From positions 1 to 64,000 of the IMG/VR virus record IMGVR_UViG_3300045988_108496: a DNA stretch of 64,000 bases. One strand, 5' to 3'. Of this stretch, positions 25,958-33,634 are shown piece after piece. A model generated the notes under the pieces. It saw nothing but the letters and a program-made list of their open reading frames with translations. It was not told the DNA's origin and searched no databases. The position numbers and the translations under genes were made by a program. Source of the stretch: a virus. Numbering within the stretch: position 1 is the first letter of the stretch; every line of letters begins with the position of its first letter.

Positions 25958-26308
25958 ATGATATACAACAAAGAAATTAACGGCGTTAAATTTTCGCTTG
26001 TTTGTGAATCTTGGTGCACTCGAAACAGTTGGGGGCACAGAGTAACTTTGTATAAAAATGATACCGCAAAAGTGGGTAAAATAAAAATACGCTATTATAA
26101 TAGAACTTGGGAGGAATACCAATACCAAAGCGCAATAAAAGGCGTTATATATAATGCCATTCAAGAAATTAAAGCGGTTGCAAAGAAAGCGTTTTTAACT
26201 TTGCATAACTACAAACTTTTGACGAAAAAACGCGCCGCCGAATTTACCGAATATCTTGCAAAGGATTTAGAATATAATACATATAAAGAACTTTTTGAAA
26301 TGTTTTAA
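25958..26308 (+). CDS. hypothetical protein
   Basis: 116 aa. Followed by the strong terminator at 26316-26345. Confidence 0.5.
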   Translation: MIYNKEINGVKFSLVCESWCTRNSWGHRVTLYKNDTAKVGKIKIRYYNRTWEEYQYQSAIKGVIYNAIQEIKAVAKKAFLTLHNYKLLTKKRAAEFTEYLAKDLEYNTYKELFEMF

Positions 26309-26315
26309 TTGTTTG

Positions 26316-26345
26316 ACGTGCTGCGAATTTGCAGCACGTTTTTTT
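26316..26345 (+). terminator. rho-independent terminator
   Basis: ACGTGCTGC-GAATTT-GCAGCACGT followed by T7. Confidence 0.75.
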
Positions 26346-26565
26346 GTATCTCGTTGTATGGTGCTGTATGGTGCTGTATGGTGCTGTACCTCGCTGTATG
26401 GTGCTGTATCTCGCTGCATCTCGCTGCATCTCGCTGTATCTCGCTGTATGGTGCTGTATCGTGCTGTACCTCGCTGTATCGTGCTGTATCTCGCTGCATC
26501 TCGCTGTATCTCGCTGTATCGTGCTGTATCGTGCTGTATCTCGCTGTATCGTGCTGTATGGTGTC
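26346..26565 (+). repeat. 22 contiguous 10-bp units (GYAYNNYGCT)
   Basis: The units are GTATGGTGCT, GTATCTCGCT, GCATCTCGCT, GTACCTCGCT and GTATCGTGCT in mixed order. The array starts right after terminator 26316-26345. Confidence 0.95.
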
Positions 26566-26694
26566 CCCTGGTGCCCCACTCCATCACATTACACACATTA
26601 TATAATATCACAGATATTAGAGTATTTGAGGCGGTGCCCACTCATTATAGATATTATAGAGCATCACTGATATTATGTTTTTTATATTGTTTGC

Positions 26695-26849
26695 ATTATA
26701 TAATAAGGTGTAATAATAAAATAATATGAAAATAAATATTTGTATGAAAATTTTTTTATTTTATTTGGCAGTGTTAGATTATTTTCGTACCTTTGCAACA
26801 GTTAAAGAAATAAACCAAAATAGTAAAGAACAAAATACAAAAGATTATG
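26695..26849 (+). repeat. ~155-bp direct repeat copy 2 (promoter module)
   Basis: See copy 1. Similarity stops at the ATG of each downstream gene. Confidence 0.85.
26764..26795 (+). promoter_or_regulatory. promoter TTTG-N20-TACCTTTG
   Basis: -33 at 26764-26767 and -7 at 26788-26795. Inside direct-repeat copy 2. Confidence 0.65.
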
Positions 26850-27122
26850 GCAAGAATCACTAAAAAACAGGAGTTCGACGAGCTTTCCAAGTTCGGTTGC
26901 GCTTTCCTTCAGACCAACAATTATGGGGGCTATTGCATCGTTATAGATGATGGCGGGGAACAGGTATTGTGGCGCGACTGCACCAGCAGAAACGAGCATA
27001 CGGCGCGACGTTGGCAGCGCATCAAATACACTTGCCCGCGTGATCCTGAAACCGAATCGCGTCCGTACCTTACTATATACGGCATCCGCTATTATTTAGA
27101 CGACTTCATGCGCTGCGCCTAA
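26847..27122 (+). CDS. hypothetical protein
   Basis: 91 aa. First gene after promoter-repeat copy 2. Confidence 0.5.
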   Translation: MARITKKQEFDELSKFGCAFLQTNNYGGYCIVIDDGGEQVLWRDCTSRNEHTARRWQRIKYTCPRDPETESRPYLTIYGIRYYLDDFMRCA

Positions 27123-27130
27123 CCATACCA

Positions 27131-27148
27131 GGGAGGCTCCGGCCTCCC
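27131..27148 (+). terminator. hairpin preceding a CTATTATAGAA box
   Basis: GGGAGG-CTCCGG-CCTCCC. Confidence 0.4.
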
Positions 27149-27199
27149 CTATTATAGAAAACATATAACATCACCAACTTTATAAATACTTTACTGATT

Positions 27200-27874
27200 A
27201 TGAGTACACCGAATTCTGCATTAACAAATGCTTCACGTTATTTCGTGTTAGGAATGCCTGTATATTACACACAGGAAGAAATAGACGAGCGCAAACTCGA
27301 CCAGGACCTTTTAGGCGAGTTTGATGAACTGGACACAGAGGCTAATTATGAAGCGGACAAGGAAAATGTGGCCTGTGAGCTGAAGGCGAAGGGATGGCAC
27401 GATATAGAAGAGTGTGACAATGATCGCAGTTATCCAACATCTCTATTTTCAGAGATTACTAAAACTATTTGGTTTGGCAACACGTATGTAGATGTTACCG
27501 TTCAAGCCGGCTGCACGTCCGGCTATTACGAAGCGGCTAATTTTGACTGGTTTGCAAAAGTAAAGGTTAGCGGCATGATAGAAGGATGGCACGAGACCTT
27601 CGAGTATGAGCACGACGAGCTGGAAGCCGACGACGTGATCCGCGACAACTGGTACGACAACAAAGGACTCAGCAAGATTCACGCTGCGCACATTCTCCGC
27701 AAAATTGAGTCTATTATAGACGACCTGAAAAACGAGGCTGAGCTTGCCTTCTCACAGTATTGCGACGAGGAGTTGTTTTGCGATTTTATCGCCTTCAACG
27801 GTGAAGCCGGCTACAGCAAGACGGGCAAACGCCTCTGGCAAGAAGTAGAAGAACTGAATAAGAAAACCGCTTAA
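27200..27874 (+). CDS. hypothetical protein with acidic N-terminal third
   Basis: 224 aa. EEIDERKLDQDLLGEFDELDTEANYEADKE. No family recognised. Confidence 0.5.
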   Translation: MSTPNSALTNASRYFVLGMPVYYTQEEIDERKLDQDLLGEFDELDTEANYEADKENVACELKAKGWHDIEECDNDRSYPTSLFSEITKTIWFGNTYVDVTVQAGCTSGYYEAANFDWFAKVKVSGMIEGWHETFEYEHDELEADDVIRDNWYDNKGLSKIHAAHILRKIESIIDDLKNEAELAFSQYCDEELFCDFIAFNGEAGYSKTGKRLWQEVEELNKKTA

Positions 27875-27887
27875 ACAATATATCATC

Positions 27888-28145
27888 ATGGCACCAACTA
27901 TTACAATATCACGCACAACGAGTACACGTGCCCTTCTCACGGCTTTATTTGCCGTCGTCGTGTTACTCGTCAGTCGCACGGTAAAAAACGCTCTTGCAGC
28001 CCTTAAAACGACCCGCCAGTGGCTCCGGGCTCAGCACAGCTTTTATGGCCAGGATGGCGACCCTATCCAGTGCACCGGCTGGCAGTTCGTCGGCTACAAC
28101 ATCATGGCAGCAGTAGTGGCAATATTGCTCTGCATTAAGTATTAA
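27888..28145 (+). CDS. small membrane protein
   Basis: 85 aa with two hydrophobic segments (LLTALFAVVVLLV, IMAAVVAILLCI). Confidence 0.4.
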   Translation: MAPTITISRTTSTRALLTALFAVVVLLVSRTVKNALAALKTTRQWLRAQHSFYGQDGDPIQCTGWQFVGYNIMAAVVAILLCIKY

Positions 28146-28201
28146 TTAACGCCTTATTATAGGCACATAAAAATATCACCAACTTTTAACATTTACAGAT
28201 T

Positions 28202-28594
28202 ATGGCACAGATAGCATTATTCAACGTAACCAATGATTCACAGTATTTACCACAGCGTCGCGACATGTTCAACGAGGCGCGATGGAAGGAGGCTAAGCGC
28301 CTCCTGGCACAGGCCCTGAAGTTGACAAGCAAGGAGGCAGGCAGATATACGTCGCGCTTCCTCCAGGATAGAATGGTCGGTGGGGACTTTCCGGCACCAG
28401 CCGGAGGCTATCACAACGGCATCACGTGTATAGCCAACGGAGGCGAGCACAGCCAGCAGCGAGGCGAGTTCACAGTGTACGATATTATAGGCAGCTCGTA
28501 TATTTATGAGGCACCGACAGGCGACATGTGTATAGCCAACATTCCGGAAGAAGGAGAAACGGAGTACTACCGTATATCGGTATTGGCTTATTAA
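28202..28594 (+). CDS. hypothetical protein
   Basis: 130-aa track ORF preceded by a CTTATTATAGG box. Confidence 0.5.
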   Translation: MAQIALFNVTNDSQYLPQRRDMFNEARWKEAKRLLAQALKLTSKEAGRYTSRFLQDRMVGGDFPAPAGGYHNGITCIANGGEHSQQRGEFTVYDIIGSSYIYEAPTGDMCIANIPEEGETEYYRISVLAY

Positions 28595-28606
28595 ACCATC
28601 ATTCAC

Positions 28607-28633
28607 GGGCTGCACCTGGCAGCAGGGCAGCCC
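28607..28633 (+). terminator. hairpin preceding a CTATTATAGAAC box
   Basis: GGGCTGC...GCAGCCC with nested CTGC/GCAG. Confidence 0.55.
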
Positions 28634-28666
28634 CTATTATAGAACACTTTTAAAATTGAGAATATT

Positions 28667-29467
28667 ATGAACGAGATATTTGTCGAAGCAAAAAATCTTA
28701 TTTGCAAAGATGGCGAGGTGTGGCTGTGGAAGTCTGATGGTATGAAGTTTGTGAACTTCTTCGCCACAAAGGAGGATGCACAGAAGTATATAGATCTGCA
28801 TCATCAGTTTTGCCGTGAACGCGGCATGAAGGAAGAAGCCTATAGCATCGGCACGGAGGCAGACTTTATGGCGGCTGCGAAAAAGTATGAAGCCGACAAG
28901 AAGGCCAACGAGGTGAAGGAGTACGGAAAGCACGTTGACGCATTGATAGAGCGCAAACAGCTCGAAATAAAGGCCCTGGACGGACTTGTTCAGGTGTGCC
29001 GAAAGTTTGATGGCAAGGTACTTAATAAACGCTTCCATGATGCAGTGAAGGAGGCGACGGGCTTTTATAGCTCGTTCGGTGAATACAGCTTCGAGCTGAA
29101 TTGCTACGACTATTACGACTTTTATCGCCCCAACGTCTCATTGTCCGTTGACTGGAGCCACGGCATCAACCGCTACACCGGCAAGAAGAAGGAGATGAAT
29201 CCGAATGACTGGCAGTGGAACACTGGCGACCGTCTGGATGCCGAAAAAGCGGTTGCCGTTATAGATTTTTACAAAAACGGTCGACTTGCCAAAATCGAGG
29301 AACTGAAGGCTTCAAAGAAGAAGTATGCAGCCTATCTGCGACTTGCACGAAAAGCGGAGGCGATAATGAAGGATATGGAAGGTTACGACTACGAGATTCG
29401 CGAGTTCGCAAAGGAGAACGCATTGAGCCAGTATAGCCGTCACTCATACTTCTGGAGGGGCTACTAA
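28667..29467 (+). CDS. hypothetical protein
   Basis: 266-aa track ORF preceded by a hairpin plus CTATTATAGAAC box. Confidence 0.5.
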   Translation: MNEIFVEAKNLICKDGEVWLWKSDGMKFVNFFATKEDAQKYIDLHHQFCRERGMKEEAYSIGTEADFMAAAKKYEADKKANEVKEYGKHVDALIERKQLEIKALDGLVQVCRKFDGKVLNKRFHDAVKEATGFYSSFGEYSFELNCYDYYDFYRPNVSLSVDWSHGINRYTGKKKEMNPNDWQWNTGDRLDAEKAVAVIDFYKNGRLAKIEELKASKKKYAAYLRLARKAEAIMKDMEGYDYEIREFAKENALSQYSRHSYFWRGY

Positions 29468-29478
29468 ATCAACATCAT

Positions 29479-29504
29479 GGGCTGCTCTGGCAGCAGGGCA
29501 GCCC
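29479..29504 (+). terminator. hairpin preceding a CTATTATAGAAC box (near-identical to 28607)
   Basis: GGGCTGC-TCTGGCAGCAGG-GCAGCCC. Confidence 0.55.
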
Positions 29505-29537
29505 CTATTATAGAACATATAAAAATTTGATAAAATC

Positions 29538-30215
29538 ATGGATAAGAAGAAATATATCGACGTATTGACTGAACAGGCAAACAAGCATCACAGACCGCAA
29601 GAAATGGCTCTGAGCGACTTCTGCGACTATCTTATAGAGTTTTTCAGTGTTGATTCTTTTAAGACTGGCACAACTGGTCAGCATTTCTTAAACTGCACAC
29701 AAAAAAATCCCGCTTTTGCCGATCTTGCTCTTCTGTGGCTCAACGACGTAAAAACGGCGATGGAGCATGGCCAGTGGCTTGACGTGTTTGGCATACTGTA
29801 CGAAGAAATGTATCTAAGCCGTGGCAAGGCATCGAAGACGGGTCAGTTCTTCACGCCTCAGAGCGTGTCGGACTTAATGGCACAGATCAGCGGCCTGGGA
29901 GCCGGCGACCACGGCAGGGTGAACGACTGCGCAGCAGGTAGCGGACGTTTGCTCCTGGCACATTATATGGAGAAGAGCAAACTGGACCATTCAGCCGGCA
30001 GACGCTTTGAGTATGTGGCACAAGATAGCGATCCTATTGCTTGCAATATGTGCGCCTTGAATTTAATGGTACACGGCATGTATGGTCGTGTGGAGTGTCG
30101 CGACACATTGCGTATGAGTAAGCCGACGGTGGTGTATTATATCAACGAAGTAAAATATCCGTTTAACACGCCTTATTATAGCGTGAGAACGGTATTAGCG
30201 GAAAATCAAAAATAA
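29538..30215 (+). CDS. truncated N6-adenine methylase-like (HsdM-like) protein
   Basis: GQFFTPQSVSDLM (motif X-like), NDCAAGSGRLLL (motif I) and CNMCALNLMVHG...CRDTL are present. No canonical NPPF/Y motif (only FNTPYY). The protein ends about 15 aa later. Confidence 0.55.
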   Translation: MDKKKYIDVLTEQANKHHRPQEMALSDFCDYLIEFFSVDSFKTGTTGQHFLNCTQKNPAFADLALLWLNDVKTAMEHGQWLDVFGILYEEMYLSRGKASKTGQFFTPQSVSDLMAQISGLGAGDHGRVNDCAAGSGRLLLAHYMEKSKLDHSAGRRFEYVAQDSDPIACNMCALNLMVHGMYGRVECRDTLRMSKPTVVYYINEVKYPFNTPYYSVRTVLAENQK

Positions 30216-30268
30216 GGTATCACGGGACGATTTGCCCCTATTATAGAACATTAAAAATACTAAGGATT

Positions 30269-30895
30269 ATGGCAAAGATATTTGTTAATGAGACTGTAGG
30301 TAAATTGCAAAGTTTTGTTGGATTCTACGATTCAATCTGGAGTCCAGATGATGATATATATTATGAGTGTGTAGAAGAAGATCTGGAGGAGGATGTTGAT
30401 TTTACCTTCGACTATAAGCAGTACCAAAACGACATCTGCAAAGCATATACGGAGGTTTGGGAATTGTGGATGCAGAAGTTTATCAGCGACGATATAGAAC
30501 TGGAGTTCGTAGAGGTTCACAGTCCTCGATATTATAATTACGAAAATGATTCTTGTCGCGTGAAAATTCGCCTGACACAGGCTGCGGAGGATGCTATTAT
30601 AGCCAAGATAGGAAAACACCGCGATCAGCTGGCTAAGTGGATAAAGGAAAACCACACAAGCTATGATGGCTTCTTTTCTAATCTATCCAACGACATCGAC
30701 CAGTGGCCCAGTCGTTTGTTCGATAGCGACGAAACTTTTCAGCCTGCCTATCTCTTCTGTATGCTCTATTATATTGTCAAGGCAGAATATTTGGCGACAG
30801 GTGAGACAGAAAGCTTGGAATACGAGGCTTGCGGTCGCATACGTACAGATATTAGTGTAACATCATATATGAAGGACATAGAAAAAGTTGCTTAA
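30269..30895 (+). CDS. hypothetical protein
   Basis: 208-aa track ORF preceded by a CTATTATAGAAC box. Confidence 0.5.
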   Translation: MAKIFVNETVGKLQSFVGFYDSIWSPDDDIYYECVEEDLEEDVDFTFDYKQYQNDICKAYTEVWELWMQKFISDDIELEFVEVHSPRYYNYENDSCRVKIRLTQAAEDAIIAKIGKHRDQLAKWIKENHTSYDGFFSNLSNDIDQWPSRLFDSDETFQPAYLFCMLYYIVKAEYLATGETESLEYEACGRIRTDISVTSYMKDIEKVA

Positions 30896-30899
30896 TTAT

Positions 30900-31262
30900 A
30901 TGAGAACATCTAAAACAATTCATTCTTTTCTGCTTAGTGAGCAGAAAGGACACACACTCCTCACGGCTCAGGAATATCCCTGGAGCGTGTTGCAGGTGAT
31001 ACCTACCACTCCGGCAGACTTCGACCGCACAGTGGCAGTTCTGGAGCAGCGAGGTTTTGTCGCCCATCACGACATCGACCGCACATTTTGCATCATCCAC
31101 CTGACAAGCGGCGACCACGACGGACAACACCCTGAACGGTATATCACCATCACTCAGAACAACTACATGCAGTACATCGAGGCATTGAAGGACACGATGG
31201 CACAGGCGGCAGTGTGGTATGAGACGAATATTATAGAACCCTTTAAAAACGACAGATTATGA
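30900..31262 (+). CDS. hypothetical protein
   Basis: ATG 30900 inside track ORF 30888..31262, which has a TTG start. Confidence 0.45.
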   Translation: MRTSKTIHSFLLSEQKGHTLLTAQEYPWSVLQVIPTTPADFDRTVAVLEQRGFVAHHDIDRTFCIIHLTSGDHDGQHPERYITITQNNYMQYIEALKDTMAQAAVWYETNIIEPFKNDRL

Positions 31263-31510
31263 GAGTACCGAAAGATATACCTAACGAATTGAAGCGTCTA
31301 ATCAATGCTATATTGAAGCGTGATGGCGATTGCGAAGGTTGGCTTAATGGATATAATCGAAATCCATGGGGATTCACCTGGTATGGCTCCAGTATGATTT
31401 GTGAGCCTCTGTTTTGTTGTTATGGCTGCATTGGCTATGGCATCAATTATAAGGGGTACACAATTCATGTGGATAATGAGCTGTCACGAATAAAGATTTT
31501 TGATGAATAG
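31259..31510 (+). CDS. hypothetical Cys-rich small protein
   Basis: 83 aa. CEGW...CEPLFCCYGCIGYG. The ATG overlaps the upstream stop. Confidence 0.45.
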   Translation: MRVPKDIPNELKRLINAILKRDGDCEGWLNGYNRNPWGFTWYGSSMICEPLFCCYGCIGYGINYKGYTIHVDNELSRIKIFDE

Positions 31511-31545
31511 TATATTATATAACCCTTAAAAAACGACAGAAAATT

Positions 31546-31830
31546 ATGGCAAGAATAATTATACTGAGTACCTGCGACGCATGGAAGTCGCGCAGTTCAT
31601 TCCGACTTTACGGGACATGGGCGACTACGAAAGCTGGTTGTCGCCGACTGTTCAAGAAAATTGGTGAGCTTATTGAAGATGGCACGTTTGCTTATGAAGA
31701 CGAAACATTGCCAGTGAACGAGCAGTTGGCGAAGTTTAAGGAAGACGGAAAAGGCTGCGTTACAGGATTTATTTATGATATTCAGTCTAAACTGAAATAC
31801 GGAAATATGGAGTGGTCCGAGCTTAGATAA
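31546..31830 (+). CDS. hypothetical protein
   Basis: 94-aa track ORF preceded by the AAAAACGACAGA junction. Confidence 0.45.
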   Translation: MARIIILSTCDAWKSRSSFRLYGTWATTKAGCRRLFKKIGELIEDGTFAYEDETLPVNEQLAKFKEDGKGCVTGFIYDIQSKLKYGNMEWSELR

Positions 31831-31876
31831 ACACCCCTATAACACAACCTCTTTTTAAAAAAAACGACAGAAGATT

Positions 31877-32107
31877 ATGAAATTTAAGACAGTAAAAACG
31901 ATATTGATGGATGCTCAGAGCAATCAGCAGCACGGAGTAATAAAGATGCACAGCGACTGCGTGTGTTTCAGTTTTACCAACGGCGACAGCGGCGAGGACG
32001 ACATCATCGCCTACAGCAGCGACACGGAGGTTATTTCGGTGTTAGGCAAAGCCGGCAACAGCTATATCGACTGCGAGGCGATAGAGTGCATTGAGGTGTA
32101 TAAGTAG
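31877..32107 (+). CDS. hypothetical protein
   Basis: 76-aa track ORF preceded by the AAAAACGACAGA junction. Confidence 0.45.
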   Translation: MKFKTVKTILMDAQSNQQHGVIKMHSDCVCFSFTNGDSGEDDIIAYSSDTEVISVLGKAGNSYIDCEAIECIEVYK

Positions 32108-32121
32108 ACCATTTCATCTCG

Positions 32122-32283
32122 CGCCCGGCATGGCCCTTGCGAAGGTTCGACCCCTTCGGCGGAAACGCATAATCATAATCAGAGTATTTTTTGTTTAGCT
32201 GCTGCTGCGGTCCGCGAGGATAGCGGCAGCCACAACGCCCACCATGCAGGCATGGCGCCAGGTTCGAGCTCCTGGATGGGCGA
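32122..32283 (+). ncRNA. candidate structured RNA: two tRNA-like minihelices flanking a GCGA-capped hairpin
   Basis: TLS1 at 32122-32161 (T-arm GAAGG-TTCGACC-CCTTC). Hairpin at 32201-32230. TLS2 at 32236-32283 (CGCCCA / TGGGCG stem, CCAGG-TTCGAGCT-CCTGG). No full cloverleaf. Confidence 0.3.
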
Positions 32284-32330
32284 CTGAAAATAATAAAATA
32301 CGCATTAATATATAATTTATGCGTCATTAA

Positions 32331-32362
32331 TTTGGTAGTTATAAATATTATTGCTACCTTTG
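32331..32362 (+). promoter_or_regulatory. promoter TTTG-N20-TACCTTTG
   Basis: -33 at 32331-32334 and -7 at 32355-32362. TACCTTTGCAACAG is shared with the 25486 and 26788 promoters. Confidence 0.65.
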
Positions 32363-32401
32363 CAACAGATAAAGAAACAACTAATTTAAACTTTAAACTA
32401 T

Positions 32402-32833
32402 ATGCGTAAATCAATAGACACTTACATCGAAGCGATTGCTCACGACAACGAGCTGTATATTCGCGAGAGCTATATGACAGTAGCAGACTACATCATCAAC
32501 AACGCAGAGAACTGCTCCGGCTATTACGAGTTCTTTGACGACGACGAACTCGACGAGACTGGCGAACCGACAGAGGCTCAGATTGACGAACTGAAGGCTT
32601 ATCTCTTAGAGAACTATACTACACCGATCGAGCATCGTATCGAGGACATTGTGCTCACTAAGCACGGCAACGGTAGCGATAATCTACAGTATGTAGCCGA
32701 CGGCAAGAACTTCGAGGTTGATGGCGAGTTCTATGTTGATAAAGAATACCGCCTTCACCACACCCACATCTTCGAGAACGGCGACGAGCAGGAGATAGTA
32801 ATACCCTACGAGAATGGCGAACACAAGTTATAA
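32402..32833 (+). CDS. hypothetical acidic protein
   Basis: 143 aa. First gene after the promoter at 32331-32362. Confidence 0.5.
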   Translation: MRKSIDTYIEAIAHDNELYIRESYMTVADYIINNAENCSGYYEFFDDDELDETGEPTEAQIDELKAYLLENYTTPIEHRIEDIVLTKHGNGSDNLQYVADGKNFEVDGEFYVDKEYRLHHTHIFENGDEQEIVIPYENGEHKL

Positions 32834-32872
32834 CTCTTCCAGCCCTACCGCAACACGGACAAGCGGAAAATT

Positions 32873-33118
32873 ATGAAGATTAAGACCTCAAAGTACAATG
32901 AAGTAAGATTATCTGATGTTGCTCAATACATCAAAGTTCCTGCACAGATAGTAAAGCCATCTACGCCAACAAACGGAGTGTTGATTGGTGAAGTTCAATA
33001 CGAAGACGGAAAGAAAGAACGAGTATATTCAGACTACGACGTCCGTATCAATAACATTCAGTTGCCATTTGCAGCTGGAAAGGAAAGCTACTTCGATAGC
33101 GAGATAGAAATAAACTAA
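32873..33118 (+). CDS. hypothetical protein
   Basis: 81-aa track ORF preceded by the CAGCCCTAC...AAGCGGAA junction. Confidence 0.45.
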   Translation: MKIKTSKYNEVRLSDVAQYIKVPAQIVKPSTPTNGVLIGEVQYEDGKKERVYSDYDVRINNIQLPFAAGKESYFDSEIEIN

Positions 33119-33156
33119 CAGATTCAGCCCTACGCATCACGGTTAAGCGGAATAAT

Positions 33157-33420
33157 ATGAAACAGTTTCTTTTACAATTGGGTAAGGAAAGTAAGGTATG
33201 TTCTAATATAGCAGAAGCCAAGGAATTTGTCTCTCGTTTTGGACATCTGACGAGTGCAGGAGAAAAGAGAATCACCGGTTTGTTTGATGGCACAATAGGC
33301 ATAAACCGAGACTTCGCCTGGATGATGCCCAAGCATATTCCAGAATTAAAGAACTACCCTGAGCAGCATTGCAGAATGTGGATAAAACCATGTCCTGCGG
33401 ACACCAACGAAGGAGAATAA
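33157..33420 (+). CDS. hypothetical protein
   Basis: 87-aa track ORF preceded by the CAGCCCTAC...AAGCGGAA junction. Confidence 0.45.
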   Translation: MKQFLLQLGKESKVCSNIAEAKEFVSRFGHLTSAGEKRITGLFDGTIGINRDFAWMMPKHIPELKNYPEQHCRMWIKPCPADTNEGE

Positions 33421-33430
33421 CCAGTACGCC

Positions 33431-33634
33431 ATGCACGAGATAATAGACGTAATACACGACTATCTGTTTGTAACGCTCCGTCTGCGCAATGTGCAGACGG
33501 GCGCGACAAGAGACTGGAGGTATTGGGACGACCTGGAGGATTGGCTGTGCAAGGAGTACGGCGTGAAGGATCTGAAAGGTCTCGTTATAGAAAAGTTGCC
33601 TAATTATGGCGATTGGGTAGAATCAGAGAAATAA
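33431..33634 (+). CDS. hypothetical protein
   Basis: 67-aa track ORF. Confidence 0.4.
   Translation: MHEIIDVIHDYLFVTLRLRNVQTGATRDWRYWDDLEDWLCKEYGVKDLKGLVIEKLPNYGDWVESEK

Larger units (their letters stand above)
27149..31523 (+). promoter_or_regulatory. series of CTATTATAGAAC boxes (6 strong, 2 degenerate)
   Basis: Boxes at 27149-27159, 28153-28163 (CTTATTATAGG), 28634-28645, 29505-29516, 30238-30249, 31229-31239 and 31513-31523 (TATTATATAAC), plus a degenerate copy at 31837-31843. Each lies 30-51 nt upstream of a start codon. Confidence 0.55.

Noticed and set aside
26346-26565. Possible CRISPR array
   Set aside because: The units are only 10 bp, are contiguous with no spacers, and no cas genes are present.
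26244-26729. Seven overlapping track ORFs on both strands (for example 26267..26641, 26295..26729) with monotonous RYSTIQ / CISLY peptides
   Set aside because: They are translations of the 10-bp tandem array, whose unit lacks stop codons in several frames. Periodic peptides appear in all frames and on both strands, which argues against coding.
32122-32283. Canonical tRNA genes
   Set aside because: Only T-arm plus acceptor-like stems are present. There are no D or anticodon arms at the right distance, and one T-loop has 8 nt. Kept only as tRNA-like elements.
32031-32414. 127-aa minus-strand ORF
   Set aside because: It spans the structured non-coding gap, the promoter at 32331-32362 and the ends of two plus-strand genes. 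Its composition is not coding-like.
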